From positions 1-64,000 of the forward strand of contig MCFE01000159.1 in the NCBI GenBank assembly GCA_002104905.1: a stretch of DNA of 64,000 bases, given 5' to 3'. The stretch is from Basidiobolus meristosporus CBS 931.73 (Eukaryota; Fungi; Basidiobolomycota). The notes under the pieces are model-generated. The model was given only the letters and a program-made list of their open reading frames with translations. It had not been told where the DNA came from and ran no database searches. A program made the translations under genes and the position numbers. Below, in pieces: positions 47,620-61,261 of this stretch (its first letter is position 1; each line of letters opens with the position of its first letter).

Positions 47620-48798
47620 GATATTTTTCAAGGCAGAGAATCTACAACTGTTGGATCGGTTGGACGAGGTGAGGAACTTATATAGGCGCTGGTCCCAGGA
47701 ATGGTTGGTTTGATGACGATGCACCTCAAACGCGTGCGCAACACCCATCAACAAAACAAAAACACCCATGGTGGTTGGGGACATACATGAGGCCGGATGG
47801 TACGGCGCCTTTGCATTAGTGGATGGTAGAGATGTGTAGTCGGTTAATGACCTCCGATCCCATTGTTCCAGCCGTTAAATTAAAAATCATTTGCACTAGG
47901 GGCAGTGGGTGTTGGCCTTCTCTCCTCTCTGGCGTAGAGATGTCTTTATCCTACCGAGTACAGCACCACAGCTACCGGGTTGGTAATGCCTGGCAACAAT
48001 CTCATTACGAGATTGTGCAGCAGCCAACTACCATTTGGATTTGGTGCAATGGCAGGTCCGCTAGCTGTCACCTGATCAGTACTACTTGACACCAGAATCG
48101 ATCACGCCAACACTAAGCTTACAAGGAGAAGGTGGGGCAAGGAGACCCTCGAAAACAAACCTGTCGATTCACGGACCTTCCTTTCCCTCACACACACTAA
48201 AGCCTGCGTCGCACTCCACTTCCTCACTGGAGATAGGTTGACCAGAAGCTATTGAGGAGCAACTGCATGCAAAAAACCTTGATACGACGTACGAGAACCA
48301 TTGCTTCGGCCGGACCCTTAGTATCATTAAGACTAGGTTACCTCTATTCAATCCTGCCCGCCAGCGACGCTCTACCGACGTCTCACCTAGAGACCTGTGG
48401 AACGAAGATTGGACTGGAGACCCCCTCCTCTCAACCCGTTGATCGCACATGTTTACCGAGCAGACCTACGGGATTCCCTGAGGTACTGATAAACAAAGAC
48501 TTCCCGTAACCAAGGGAATTTCCGAATCAGGCAATCGACACACAACCATGTTTGGTCAATGTTGAAGTCACTTTATCCACCAAGCTCTACTCAATAATAA
48601 AATTGCCCATTCGATACCGTGGGAATTAGGGATACAACTATAACTGAGGCCGAGGCTGGAAAAATACGGGGCATCGGGGTTTAATCGCGGTAGGAAGCGC
48701 TACAGGTTACACTGAAATGAACAGTAGTGGACTAGTGCTTGGATTATTAGGTTGAGGCGGGGAGAAGGAAGCAAAATTAAAATGGATCATAAACTAGA

Positions 48799-51700
48799 CT
48801 ATACTACATCTGAAAGTGCGAGGTCAGCTTTCCCCTCGGTGCTGGTGTTGGTCGGTGGTTGCAACCGTGTCGGCATTCGCAGCTGGAATATGTATTGATG
48901 GTGACTCTGGAAGGGCTCCATGACACAGTAAATCCCGGTCTTGTTTCTGCCATTGTTCAGGCATCTCAGCCCGGTGGTCTCTATCACCTGCTCCAGCGCC
49001 CCGGTTTCGACATTTCGGATCTCGATGAAGGACGGGCTGAATCCAATCAAGTATGGATAGTGGAAGGCGAGGTTTGTCGGCTGGCCCTCCCATTCCATGA
49101 AGAACTCGGGTCTCGAACGATGCCCAGCATTATCGATGTAGAACACAAATTCGTCATAGCATAGCAGCAGCTCCTCCGTCCCGATCCGATACATGGCCAA
49201 CGGCTTGTAGTGCTCATACTTCACGAAGAAGGTGAATTGCCGCTCGTTCTTGGGGTCGGGGATGGCTTTGTGTGCCTCCTTCTCCAGATCAAGAACCTCG
49301 AATCCCTTGCTGGACACGAGATACAACTTCTTCTTTAGGAAGCATATCGAGTTGGAATCGGTCGAGATGCAAAGCTGCTTGTTCAACTTCAGGGCATAGC
49401 CGTTTTTCTGGCAGAGCAACTTCGGCTTCCCCTTGACTTGGCTGACCTTGACTGGCTCCAGGATTTTGCAAAACGACTTCAGCCCCTTGAGCTTCATGAC
49501 TGCAACGTACTTTTGGTCGTTCAGTGTGCCTGCACAGAAATAGGTGACATGCGAAGCAAGCTTTTGTCCGTGGCGATTCACGAATCTCTTGGGGTTGTCC
49601 AGCAAGTCGATGCTATAGCAGATCAGTAACCTGTCCTGCAACACGAGCATCATCTCAAACTCCTCCAGAATCTCGATGTGCCGGATCTTTTCCAGGCTCA
49701 GCACTTTACTAAAGCTGGTAGAATTCCCTTCGATACCGACATACACTCCATCATCTGCACCAATCACGATCTTGCGCGATTTGTTGGAGGCGGTGTAGTG
49801 TGTGGAGCAAGTGATCCTACACACAAGGCCGAACGTAGAATCTGAGATGGTGATGATATCAAACGCATGGGGTCTTTCCATCATCCTGCGGGCACGCTGA
49901 TCCTGTATTCTATTGATCCACTGCTTGCGCTCAGCTGGAGACGTGGCCAGCAAGGTGTAAGTCGACCCGCGTTTACTGATGTGGGTGAAGCAGAAGGGAA
50001 ACCCTAGTTTGGCAGAATCAGGCACGGCGGGTGAAACCGAATCAGGCACATTGAAGGTGAACAACTCCAGCGGGATTGGCTGAAAAAAGAGAGTCGGTTA
50101 GACAAAGGCATCGACAACAAATCGCGCGAACACTCACCCTTCCATAAACCCGGTAGAGTACGGTGCCGTTAGAGCGCTTTTTTTCCTTGGTGAGCAGGAA
50201 AACATGGTCAAAAAGGAACACGCGCAGAGAATGGCCCGTAGGTCGCTTGAACTCGCCTTCGCGGATTAGCTTACGGCTCGGGTCATTCAGTTGGAGATCC
50301 TGCATCAAATCGTAGGGTTAATCATTCGGAAGCCGTCTAAGACTGCCATGCAAGCCTACCTGATATTCGCCCGGCTTAAATACGATTTGGTCCATCAGAT
50401 CGTGAATGCGAATGACGGAATTGCGCTGCCCCGTCTCCTCGTTGATCTTCCTCAGAATTTCCCGAATCCCGTCCAAAGCCTTTCTCAGGACCTCCTTGTC
50501 CGGATTCGTGTCGGGGGTGTATTTGAGAATGCTTTCGAATAGGAGGTTGTATCTTCCCAGACGGGTGGTGGGCCGGCTCATGAAGCTCTTCAGATCGAGC
50601 TTCCTTGTTTCTGGGTTTCTCTCCTGTTCCTATTTGTCGTCGCAGCATATTAGAGTCGATCCTGATAGGGGTGATGTGTGAGTGCTACTCACTTGCAGGT
50701 ATTTGCCCAAGCTCGGGTTCTTTTTCAACTCCTTGTCCAGAACCCGCTGTGCAACCACCAAATTAGAGCCATATTCCAGATAAGCTTCCAGCGCTTTGAC
50801 CTCGCATAAATAAATATCCCCAATCTCTTGAACGACTGGATTCTGGTTCTGTCTAGCAACCAAGGCCTCGACAATTCTACTGTGCACCACCTCCAACTCC
50901 TTAAGGTTGGCAAAAAGATCATGGAGAAACGCGTCCACTCGCTCTTTCTCTATGATCTCCTTTTCTTTCAGCGGGGTCACGAATACCTAGGAATAGACGT
51001 CAATAGGCATTCCAGCGAGTAGATGCTGCATTTCAGCTACCTTCTCGATCAACCTCAGGTCAGCCAGGTACTCCTCCTCAGTGTAGATGGTTTCGAATAT
51101 GATCTCCTGTCGCTTGATATCTTTTTCCGTCATGGTCTGTGTAACTTCTGGCGGGACCGTATTTACCCAACATCTCAGCTACTTTACATCAGTGACATGC
51201 ACATTCATCGCATAGTAAGCAAACAACATACCTTATCCCCTATCATCTCAGCACTCCTTCTGGACGGCTCTTTTTGTTGGTCTTGGTCTTGGTCTTTGAT
51301 CAGTGAATTGTGGCTCGTGTTTTTGGAATCGATGTCCAGGTCATCTGACAGTATCGATTCTTCCGAGATAGTGGAAACCTCATTTTGTTCGTTGTGGATC
51401 TCTTCCAATTGGAAGATTGTGCTGTCAGCGTGAAGGCTGGACATTCCATCAAGCTCCTTAAGCTCTTTATCACAGAATGAGGTGGATAAGCTAAACTCGT
51501 CGCTTGACAGATCGGACATCACCAAGGTTTCATCTAAACTGCTGGATTGTTTGGTGCATTCAGCCGAACTCGTATCAGAATCAGACCCCTTCTTGATGTC
51601 AGGCTCCTTTACACTTTCCGTGGGCGTTGACACCGCTGGCTGGACAGGTGAGCTCTCTGCTGATTCAAGAATTTCCTTAATCTTACTTAAGGCGGGCTGC

Positions 51701-52808
51701 AACTCAACACTGTGCCTGAAATCGATAATCTCCGCTAACGATGTCTCGTCATCAAGATGGTCTTTAATCTCCTTTTCGGTGTCTTTGTGGAATTGCTGGC
51801 CCAACTCGGGCAGTGAAGCTTTGCGTAACGTTGGTGAATCAGTTTGGGCGTTCAGACATGATTGGAGTAAGAGGGAATTGTGCCGTCGAGCGCTCATGTC
51901 CCGTCTTAGCACCGCAGAAGGCGACGCACCAAGTTCGACTTGCGGGCTTTGAATGCTGGACTCCGAAATTGCTTCCTTAAGATAATTGAACACGACAGCT
52001 GTCAATAAACTATTCTACCTCAAACAGACAAAACATCCGAGCACTATCCTCCTACCTGAATTGTATGATTCCTCTTGAAAAAACTGGGTTCAGGGGAACC
52101 TGGTGCCCCAGCATTAGTCCGATCGAAGTTCGCTGAGGGCGTCCGAAAACGAAATGAGCTACGTTCTGGAGAGGAAGCCTCTTGTTCTAAACCTGACGCC
52201 TGTGGACCATCGGTGGCAGTAGGCGAGGGGAGAGAGAATGACGACTTCCGGGGGATTTGTGGAAGGGGCTTGTTATGATTAGGCGCCTTACGGTATTCGT
52301 AAAAGGCACTGTTTTCTGGTTTGAGTGGTTTACATACAATTAAGGTTGGTTCTTCGTTGTTACATTGCGAAAAGGAGGGTTTTTGTTGGGGTGCGGGAAG
52401 TGGCCTTCTATTATTCATTACGGGTGAGTTACGTACTGGTGTAGAGCTTCTCTTCAAAGTTCTATTGCTCCCATCAGTGGAGAGGTTCGAAAAATTGGCG
52501 CTAGACAGTAATCTCGGACTGTCATTCAAGGATAAACATCGCTCTCTATGCAAAGGGGAATTTCCGGGACTTCTCTCTACGTACCAACTAGGTCGTGGTG
52601 GAAGTGGGGGACTATCGTATATGGTCCTAGGAGATTCCGAAACATTTCGGGTAAAAACGCTGATGGGAGGAGTGTTTTGCCTTTCTTGAGCGGAATCAAT
52701 AGGAGATAAAGGATAAGGAAATAAAGGGGATGGTGGGCGTTTAACTTTATCGCGGGATACTGACAAATGGATATATGGTGAGTTTGGCGGCGGCGAAGAA
52801 CTCCCCAT
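48799..52808 (-). CDS. Rho GEF with DH-PH-CNH domains (Rom1/Rom2/Rgf-like), multi-exon
   Basis: DH: RPTTRLGRYNLLFESILKYTP, DAFLHDLFANL; PH: LIREGEFKR..VFLFDHVFLLTK; CNH: IVIGADDGVY, LLCYDEFVFYID, LAFHYPYLIGF; disordered S/P-rich N-terminus. Internal exon limits not all fixed. Confidence 0.92.
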
Positions 52809-53407
52809 CGTTCACTTGTCTAGAGATAAAAAAGGGCAAGTGGAGTTGAGTAGACCTTCCACTGGAGCATATAACATTAGTCAGAAATCCACACCGATCC
52901 CCTTTGAAAATGGCTGCATCAAAATCTGATATTATTTAAAAAGTGAATGTATAACTTTAAGGTGATAATTATTGGAATGCTACACAACATCAATCCGGAA
53001 TAGTAAAGTTGATCATTAAACAATTCGCCCATATGTTTACTAAATAAACAACACTCTCTGATTTGACTTGAATATTGCAATTTCTATTATTTCTGTGATT
53101 TGCATCAGCAGGGTGAGCTCAATGGGGCTGTTTCTCAGCCAATGGAGTAGGTCTATGCGAAACTGTATATTTTCGCGAAATACGAAAATTATCACAGGAT
53201 CGGGCCATCCAATACCTACATGGTGCGTTCCAGATCATAATAAATATCGGCCTATCCTTTCGACCTGCAGCACTGTTGTATATAAGGTCAATAGATCTTT
53301 AATTAGCACTTGTTATTCTTCTGAATTATACGGAATATTACAAAGGTCCACAATCACGTGATCATGAGAAGGCATAACTCTCGCGGCGTTGGGAGATAAT
53401 CTGCGGC

Positions 53408-56400
53408 CTAAGCCAGGTAATTATAGATTTTCCTAACAGGGTGGAAGTGGTGAGTTGACTGATGGGTGAACTCATCCCGAAAACAAGCTGCTTACCGATC
53501 ATCTTCGGATCTTTCTAGATACTCGCGCTCAATCAGCGCTTCAATGCGTTTCTTGATATCCATCGGATTCGGCAAGAAGCGGGAGGATAGTTGACGGGTG
53601 ACCTCTGATATGAGGTTGTTGTGCTCCATCGTTTTACGGTCTTTCATGATACGTACCGCAGCCGCTTCAATCTGATGTTTACGATCTTCATCAACTCGTT
53701 CACGTGTTTCCCTTCTTTCCCCATCATTCTCTGCTTTGCTAGCAATCGTTTGTATCTTGATGCGAGCCAATGGGGCACTAAATTCCGAATTGAACATGAA
53801 CCGATCCGTCTCGTGAATCTCTCTTGATTTGGGCTCCTTCAGTAGAATCTTGTATTTGGCGCATGCAAGGGATTGCAGGTGACGCTTGAGCTCATTTTCA
53901 GGGATTTCCGTGTCACTTTTGATTTGCTAAGATGGCAGTTCATTAGTGTGATGACTGAATATCAGTGCTGCCTATTTGTTATACTTGATATGTTAAGTGC
54001 CCCCCTTCTTCCACATCGTTGAAAAGCATCAGGATAACCATCTGGTAGGTAGATACGTTCAGCTCGTGTTTCTTCGTTTTGAATTGGGCACGGATGTCTG
54101 CTGAGCCCTAAATAAAATGGAATAAGCCTTGGCGTGCTTCAGTGCTACACTATGGGTTTCATACAAGATTGGTTTGCCAGGTGAGGCGACGTCCGCTATG
54201 TCTTCCTAGATAAAAGTTTTCAAAGGTTTGGCAAGCGGCCATGACTTCAGGAGGGAGCATGCACGAAGCACTCGAGGTATTAACAGGCCAAAAGGTGGAT
54301 GTTAAGACAGATACATGGAGCTCAATAGGCATGCCCTGTTGAATGAGTTTTCGTTCATATAAGCACAGGATTCGCGTGTATCATTTGAAAATGGAGTACA
54401 CTACCTCATTCTCCGTCAGATTGTTGATATACTCTTTGAAATCTGACATGGTGTCAGTTGTTAGCCTCATGTCATTGAACATTCCTTCCAGTTTGGTGGT
54501 AAACTGGTAGCCACACTCAATCTAGAGATATCCGTGAGCTTAACCATTTGATAGTATTGGATCTATTTGAAGCGATGGCGTACCTTCAGTTTAGATATCA
54601 TTCCGCGTTCCGCATCATCGGAAACGCTTCTACCAGTCAAGAGACGCTTTGCTAGATGCTGTTTGTAGTATCTTTCGAAGACATCTTTCTCTTCTATGAA
54701 GCGAAATACCGATATCGTTTTATCCAGAAGTAAATCGATTTCTTCTTCGGATTTCTAAATGCCGGTAAGCTACGTGTGACAAACAGGTATACGCCATCCT
54801 CACACTTACCCCTTTAAGCCCTTTTTTGAGGTTTTCATCAATAAACAGTGACAAGTATTCGGGACTTTTTTGGTTGCTATTAATGAAGCTTTCAAAAGCC
54901 TAAACGAAAAATACTCGTTAGATGGGGGATTTGGCTAAAGGCAGAAGTCGGCCTACATTGTTGATCGCAATCTGGAATTGTTTGTCTTTGCCAGTTGCCT
55001 GTTCGAGTACTTCGTCGAATTTGTCTTTCAAATCCAGCACATCTTGGACCCACCTGAGTGCGGTACTTGTGGCAGCGTTACTTCCAGGGCCTTTTCCTGT
55101 AGAGCTGGGTGTCTCTACTGCTTCACAGTTTGAATTGATTGTATCTCCGAGTTTCTTGATATACTGGTTGATTGAGGTTTTCATTTCCACATGGCCTGAC
55201 TGGATGCGCGCCAGTAATTTGTACATCCGAAGAATATCTAACGAATGTTGGTTAAAAGGCCGTGTTTCTCAGCCAAGTCATCACACGCACCTTCATTCTT
55301 ATTGTTCATCAACATAGCAACGAGGCCGGAGTTTTCCATCTAAAGCGCAGCATAAATATCAGCATTGATGACCCATGTAAATAAAATGGTCTCTTACTTC
55401 GATGATGGTCTTGATATGATTCTCCAGCATTTCCTTTTCAATGATTGACCTAATCTTGGGCTCAGTGCCGGAATATAGATAGTGCTGGGAGCGTTGCTCT
55501 TCCTCGGTTAATCGCTTCTCAGCCTAAATTATAGTCAATACGTGCAGAAGCCGAAGCAAGGACATATCAATTGGTACACGACCTTTTTTAGATATTCCGG
55601 TGAATCGCATGTTCCAATAAGAGTCTGGCCTTCCACTCTGTAAAACTGAGTGCTTGATTCGAGAAATTTGCTCTCAAAGTCGACTTGATATACAGTAAGG
55701 AGGGAGTTACCATCATCAGCCAAATCCAATAACATATCAATAGTGGTTTTGATCACGCCTCTGTCGATCATTTCTCCCTCCCTTTCTCGCTGGATCTGCT
55801 GAAGCACTACCGTCACCAGTTGGGATTGAATGGAGAACTTTGGAGAGCGTAGCACCTCATCTCTAAAAAGATACAATCCCAAGTCATACACAGGTGGACA
55901 ATCCGGGGTCTTGGCCGAATAGATGCGATCCTATATTAAGTACGTCATTAAGCTACTTAGCTTCAGGCTGATCTGGCTCAAGGAGAATAAAAGTGAATTA
56001 CCATATATAAGAGAATATCCCTTATCATCCGCATACATGTAACGTGTTCTGCCCATACGGCATTCAGGGTTTTGAGAGAAGTGATGCCGCTAATGCCACT
56101 CGTGGAGATGCCTCCATTACTATTACCAGACGTACTAAATGCAGGCACGATTTTGTTGATAGTTTCGTCCTTTAGATGATCTGTGATGACGCCCTTGACG
56201 CCAGTATACAGTTTCTCCCCGCATTTATGCAAAACCATGTTATATGCAGTACGGTACAGCTCTTCGAAGCTTAAGGTTGATACATTTTTACAATAGATTT
56301 GCCGTATTGCTTGAGAGATTTTTTCCCAACTTTCCTCAGAATGTTTTTCTGTAACCGCCTAAATTGGTGAGAACGGGGGTTGCGTTGCAAATAGAGAAAA

Positions 56401-56664
56401 TAAGAGCTGGTCAGTGAATGGGTTTTGTCCAGATAAGCTAAGGAAAAATACGAAATTCAACAAAACGTATAGGTGGTGGGAAACTGCCAAGGATAGCACC
56501 CTATCAGCCTAGGTTGGCCGAGGGCTCCCCTTAGCACAGCCACACATTGCTTCAAACAAATCACAAGAGGCACCGAAAAGTCAAAAGGAAAGTGGAATAA
56601 ACGTTCATACTTTACGTGGTGGCGCTCTAATTCTAATTTTGGGTTTGGGACTAACGTACGACAT
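53408..56664 (-). CDS. CUL3: cullin-3, multi-exon
   Basis: Exon 1 [18 protein letters not shown] (56664-56611), [34 protein letters not shown], neddylation motif [14 protein letters not shown]-terminus YNYLA-stop at 53408. Confidence 0.96.
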
Positions 56665-57083
56665 GGGCAAAGTTAGTATAAAGAGTAGATACAGAGTATA
56701 CCAATAGAACGAGCTTCTGCCAAAGAATTAGTACACACGGTTGATTTAATAGGGGGCGCAGCTTGATTAACCATTAAAAATACGGACCATTTGAATGTAT
56801 AAAATAAGCGTGTGAGGCCAGGGGATTGAGCTTGTGGGAGTTCAATGCTAATTTTAGTGACGTTGATTGTGACCTGAATCAACTTATCCCGCCACGTGAT
56901 GCGATGGGAAATTCAGAATCAAGAAAAAAAACCTCGTGAAACTAGATTTCGATCAAATCGTCGGATGGGGTGGTGGGCATCAACCCTAAATCGGACCAAA
57001 TAGGCCAACTCATAAAAAAGGGAAACTTCGAAATCAGGACCTTCTCTTTTACGCACGTTCAACGGGCACTCTTTGCATCCAAT

Positions 57084-57957
57084 ATGAAGGTAATCAACGA
57101 TCCATCTACCTCAATATCCATCTATTGCATTAGTCATGCAACATCTCGCTAATCCTGTCTCTAGTTGAACATCGCCAACCCAGCTACTGGCTGCCAAAAG
57201 ACCATCGAAATTGATGATGAGCGCAAGGTGTAAGTAGAACCGCACCAACACGAACCAATTCCTGGAATGTATATTGATGTTTAATTCTTGTAGTCGTGCT
57301 TTCTACGACAAACGTATGTCTGCTGAAGTCCCAGGTGACTCCCTTGGTGACGAGTTCAAGGGATACGTTTTCCGTATCACCGGTGGCAACGATAAGCAAG
57401 GTTTCCCCATGAAGCAGGGTATCCTTCTTCCCCACCGTGTTCGCCTTCTTTTGTCCAAGGGTCACTCTTGCTACCGCCCCCGTCGTACCGGTGAGCGCAA
57501 GAGAAAGTCTGTCCGCGGTTGTATCGTCGGCTCTGATCTTTCCGTCCTCTCCTTGGTCATCGTCAAGCAAGGTGAACAAGAGCTCCCAGGATTGACCGAC
57601 ACCACCGTCCCCAAGCGTTTGGGTCCCAAGAGAGCTTCCAAGCTCAGAAAGATGTTCAATCTCACCAAGGATGATGATGTTCGCAAGTTCGTCATCCGCC
57701 GTGAGGTCCAACCCAAGAACGCTGAGAAGAAGCCCTACACCAAGGCCCCCAAGATTCAACGTCTTGTTACTCCCCTCACTCTCCAGCGTAAGAGACACAG
57801 AATTGCTCTCAAGCGCAAGAACTCCCAAGCTTCCAAGGAGGCTGCTGCCGAATACGCCAAGCTCCTTGCCCAACGTGTTAAGGAGCAACGCGAGAGAAAG
57901 GAGGAGATCAAGAAGAGAAGACTCAGTTCTCAACACGCTTCTGCTGCCAAGAACTAA
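57084..57957 (+). CDS. RPS6: 40S ribosomal protein S6 (eS6)
   Basis: Exons 57084-57089 (MK), about 57165-57229, 57294-57957; [31 protein letters not shown]; highly biased codons. Confidence 0.99.
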
Positions 57958-58150
57958 TTCTTTCAGTAAGGAAATCATTCTTCACAACACAAACCATGTT
58001 TATTTAAATAAAGCACAGTATTGTGGTCATATACATAGTGGGGATGTTTACAAGTGGTTTAATTGGTCGGTATATATCTAGGAATTTATTCAATCACTGA
58101 TAGCTGCAGAGATACGGGGAGAGAACATCAACACCGAAGCTGGCAGTCGG

Positions 58151-58570
58151 TTAATTACGGGTGGGCTTAAGAGAATCGAAGTGAGCACGCTCAGCAACCT
58201 CTCTTTCGACTTCGTCGATAATGGGTTGAAGGTAACGAATATCATCCTCGGGCTTGGTCCACTTCTCCTTGGGGAGCTCGGTATGGCTCAAACTGCATTG
58301 CATAGCAACACGCAAACGATATGCTCTATCGTAGGCCTCCTTTTCGGAAAGGCGTCTCAAGGCCTCTCTCACAACATCACTCTCCTCGGCAATAATGTCG
58401 TCGTAACGCAAACCTAAGCAAATCCATGCTCAGAAATCAGGCCAAGGGCTAGAAGAAAAACAGACTCTACCTAATTTACGATAGCCAGCAGCGTTGGCGT
58501 AGGCATTACCCAAGGGAACGAAGATCTTCTGCAAGAAAGAGCTGCTTTTAATGTAGTTGGCAAGGGACAT
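58151..58570 (-). CDS. QCR7: cytochrome bc1 complex subunit 7
   Basis: MSLANYIK...ANAAGYRKLG, intron, LRYDDIIAEESDVVREALRRL...RAYRLRVA...LPKEKWTKPEDD. Confidence 0.95.
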
Positions 58571-58889
58571 ATTGACGAAGAATAGCTAAGCGCGGTCAAG
58601 AGAGAATTGTTGCGGGGGAAAGGTTGGAAATTTTTCGAGTCAGGATAAGGGAGAAAAATTGATTCTACCAACACCCCAATCCTCCATACAGCAACAAATT
58701 ACATTGACTTGTAGTGTGGTGCATCACCAGCATTTGGAGCCCCAACAATGTCAACAGGATTGAATTTTGTTGGTCCATGGATGGTGCTAATCTGGGGCCA
58801 TCAAATTTAACCAGTATGCACACTTCATTCGTACCAGCTGTTACTTCTCCACAATAAATCGCTTTATTTCATATAACTACGCAGCCAAG

Positions 58890-59502
58890 TTACTGCTTCT
58901 TCTTGGTACCATTCACCAAATGGAAGCCAACAGCGTAGCGGTACACCAACAACAATGGTATGACAAAGTATGGGAGGTATATGGCCGCGGTCATAAGTCT
59001 CTGCTCTTGGGTCTGCTCGAAATAAGGGTTGAAGAACAGCTCAGCCAAGATAGGGATTAGGGTTGTGGCGACATGAGAGCCATAGATAATGGCAGGGATC
59101 CGGATGTTGATGTTTCCTACGATAATCGTACCTATGAGTTTTATGGTGGAGCGGGGTTACGGCCAGGGGATACTTACTTGTGAAATATGCATACAAATAC
59201 CAAAAGAAGAATGGGAGTTGGACAAACGCTTCAAACCACACCATAGATTGGAACCAAACCATGTTAGGGATTTTGGCGGGGGCCACTTCCGGGTATCCAA
59301 CAGTAGTCGCAAGAAAAGGGTCTTTGATGATGAGAATTACTTGACCCAGCAGTTCAACTGCGGGTTTCGGGAACCATTCGAGGGGGAAGATGCATTGAAC
59401 ATCTAAGAAAATAGTGAAGATGATGTGACTAACAAAGTAGCCAACAAAGAGAGTGTCCAAGGTAGACTCCTTAAAGGTGGGCTTTACAACTTTTCCAGCC
59501 AT
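58890..59502 (-). CDS. EXPERA-domain membrane protein (TMEM97/sigma-2 receptor, Ema19-like), with introns
   Basis: YFVSHIIFTIFLDVQ, KDPFL, WFQSMVWFEAFVQLPFFFW, YGSHVATT, YLPYFVIPL; C-terminal KKKQ ER-retrieval-like signal. Confidence 0.88.
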
Positions 59503-59846
59503 GTGTCGAAACTGATGACGAAGACGTTGAGTAGAATACTCTCCATACTGAGCTTAAGTAGTTGGGGGGGGGGGTTCGGAGATTTATTTTGTCAGTGACA
59601 CTAAATTGGTCCTTTCAGTCGGACGTTTCCCGAGAAATCAAGTAAATCGACCATGCGGTTACGTATAGATCGGCTCCCATGCTATTGGCTTACCCAACTC
59701 GTCGTAAATTCTTGGTTGGACTTGACGAATTTGACTAAGTCAATCGTAAACACTTCAGTGTAAACAATTTGAAGTTGATGGGGTGCAGAAATACTGGAAA
59801 CCTGTTTGTCTTTTTCGTTTCCTACGTTCCTTAGTTGGTCTGCGCG

Positions 59847-60730
59847 ATGGCATTACCACGCTCACTCAGCCATGGACTGACACCGGCTGAGATCGAATTC
59901 TTGGCGGAAAATGAGATGATCGAGATCTTACCCAACTTCCGTGTTGACACGCTGGATTTCATATCGGTAATTCGTGAGATATCGAAGAACAATCTTACAG
60001 AGGCCCAGTATTCACGCCAATCACCATTGTTGAATAGGGAAGCTGCGGCCCGTTTCGACCTCCCGGAAAAACAAAGACGCCTCTATGGTTAGCATTAGCG
60101 TTGAAGAAGCAGCAGAAATGCACCATTATCCCACCATCATGGCTGACTGTAGGTAGGAAATATGTCAGGATTATTGAGGGATGTTATGTTCCTATCGGTC
60201 TAATGGTTTCCAAAGAGAACCTCTCACAAAGGCTTGAAGAAGAGGAAAGCGAAGGCCAGTTCAGTGAGTTGCCTTATCGCTACATGGAGATAGCGCATCT
60301 GATATTAGAGAGGTATTGCTTCGGCCTTGTCGAAAATTCAACATGTTGCCCCTTAGTTCTAATGGTGCTTGATGACGACTAGTGCTTCCGAAGATGTACC
60401 GCGTTCAGAAAACGTTCGAAAGTTGCTGAAAGATCTGCGGGAAGTACGTCAAAGCAAAGCACGAGAGGGTCTAACCGCTTTAAATCCTGATTACCTACAG
60501 GTAAGCTTGCTTGTGTGATATATACATACCACAGCGGGAATACCATAGTAACCTCCCGACAGATGGATAATCTCGGCCTTATGGAGATCAACGAGATTCG
60601 ACCTTTCTTTGGACGAGCTTTTGATGAGTTGAGAAAACTAACCCCGGTTGAGGACCCATATGCTTCCCAGTCTCAAGACACTTACTCCAATACTGGCCGT
60701 TCTCGGTCGCGATCCAACTTTTCCCAGTGA
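59847..60730 (+). CDS. PSF2: GINS complex subunit 2, multi-exon
   Basis: MALP...TPAEIEFLAENEMIEILP, LKKQQKCTIIPPSWL, FSELPYRYMEIA, KDLREVRQSKAR, NLGLMEINEIRPFF. Confidence 0.96.
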
Positions 60731-61261
60731 ATGCTCGTCCATGGAATATGTATCAAAGTAAGGCCGCTCCATCGGTATTTGAGTGCTTCTTACAGCGGAT
60801 CTAGCGTACGGTGTATATATTTGTGCATGTAGCAGACAACTGGCCACTCCAAAGAAACCGCATTGCTGTTCAGTAAACTCTTTATTAAATCAAGAAATGA
60901 GGCACAGTCCTCCCAAAGATAGTAGACATAATGGAAATTAAAGAGAGGGGATTTACGGTTACTAAGATAGAGTCGACACAACATGGTATTATGGTAAGAG
61001 CGGAGGGTCTGAGAAATTACAAAGCATCCCTGCTCCTTGGTAATCAGATGGAATAAATCAATCGTCGCAAATAACTGGTAGAATTTAAGTCAACCAAAGA
61101 ATGTTTTAGAATGCCCAAAAGCTATGTATGAATTGCATCAAAACAAACTAGTGGAATTCGCTTTGGAACGAGTGAATCGACTGGTAATCTGACCTTCCGC
61201 CAGGGAATATATTACAAGCAACTCAACCATCCAAATGCAACACCCCACTGGGGCTGGAGAT

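Noticed and set aside
47820-48510. Short ORFs between paralog E and the RhoGEF
   Set aside because: No homology recognisable and no consistent gene structure.
57184-57978. 264-aa minus-strand ORF overlapping RPS6
   Set aside because: Antisense shadow of a highly codon-biased gene; no independent features.
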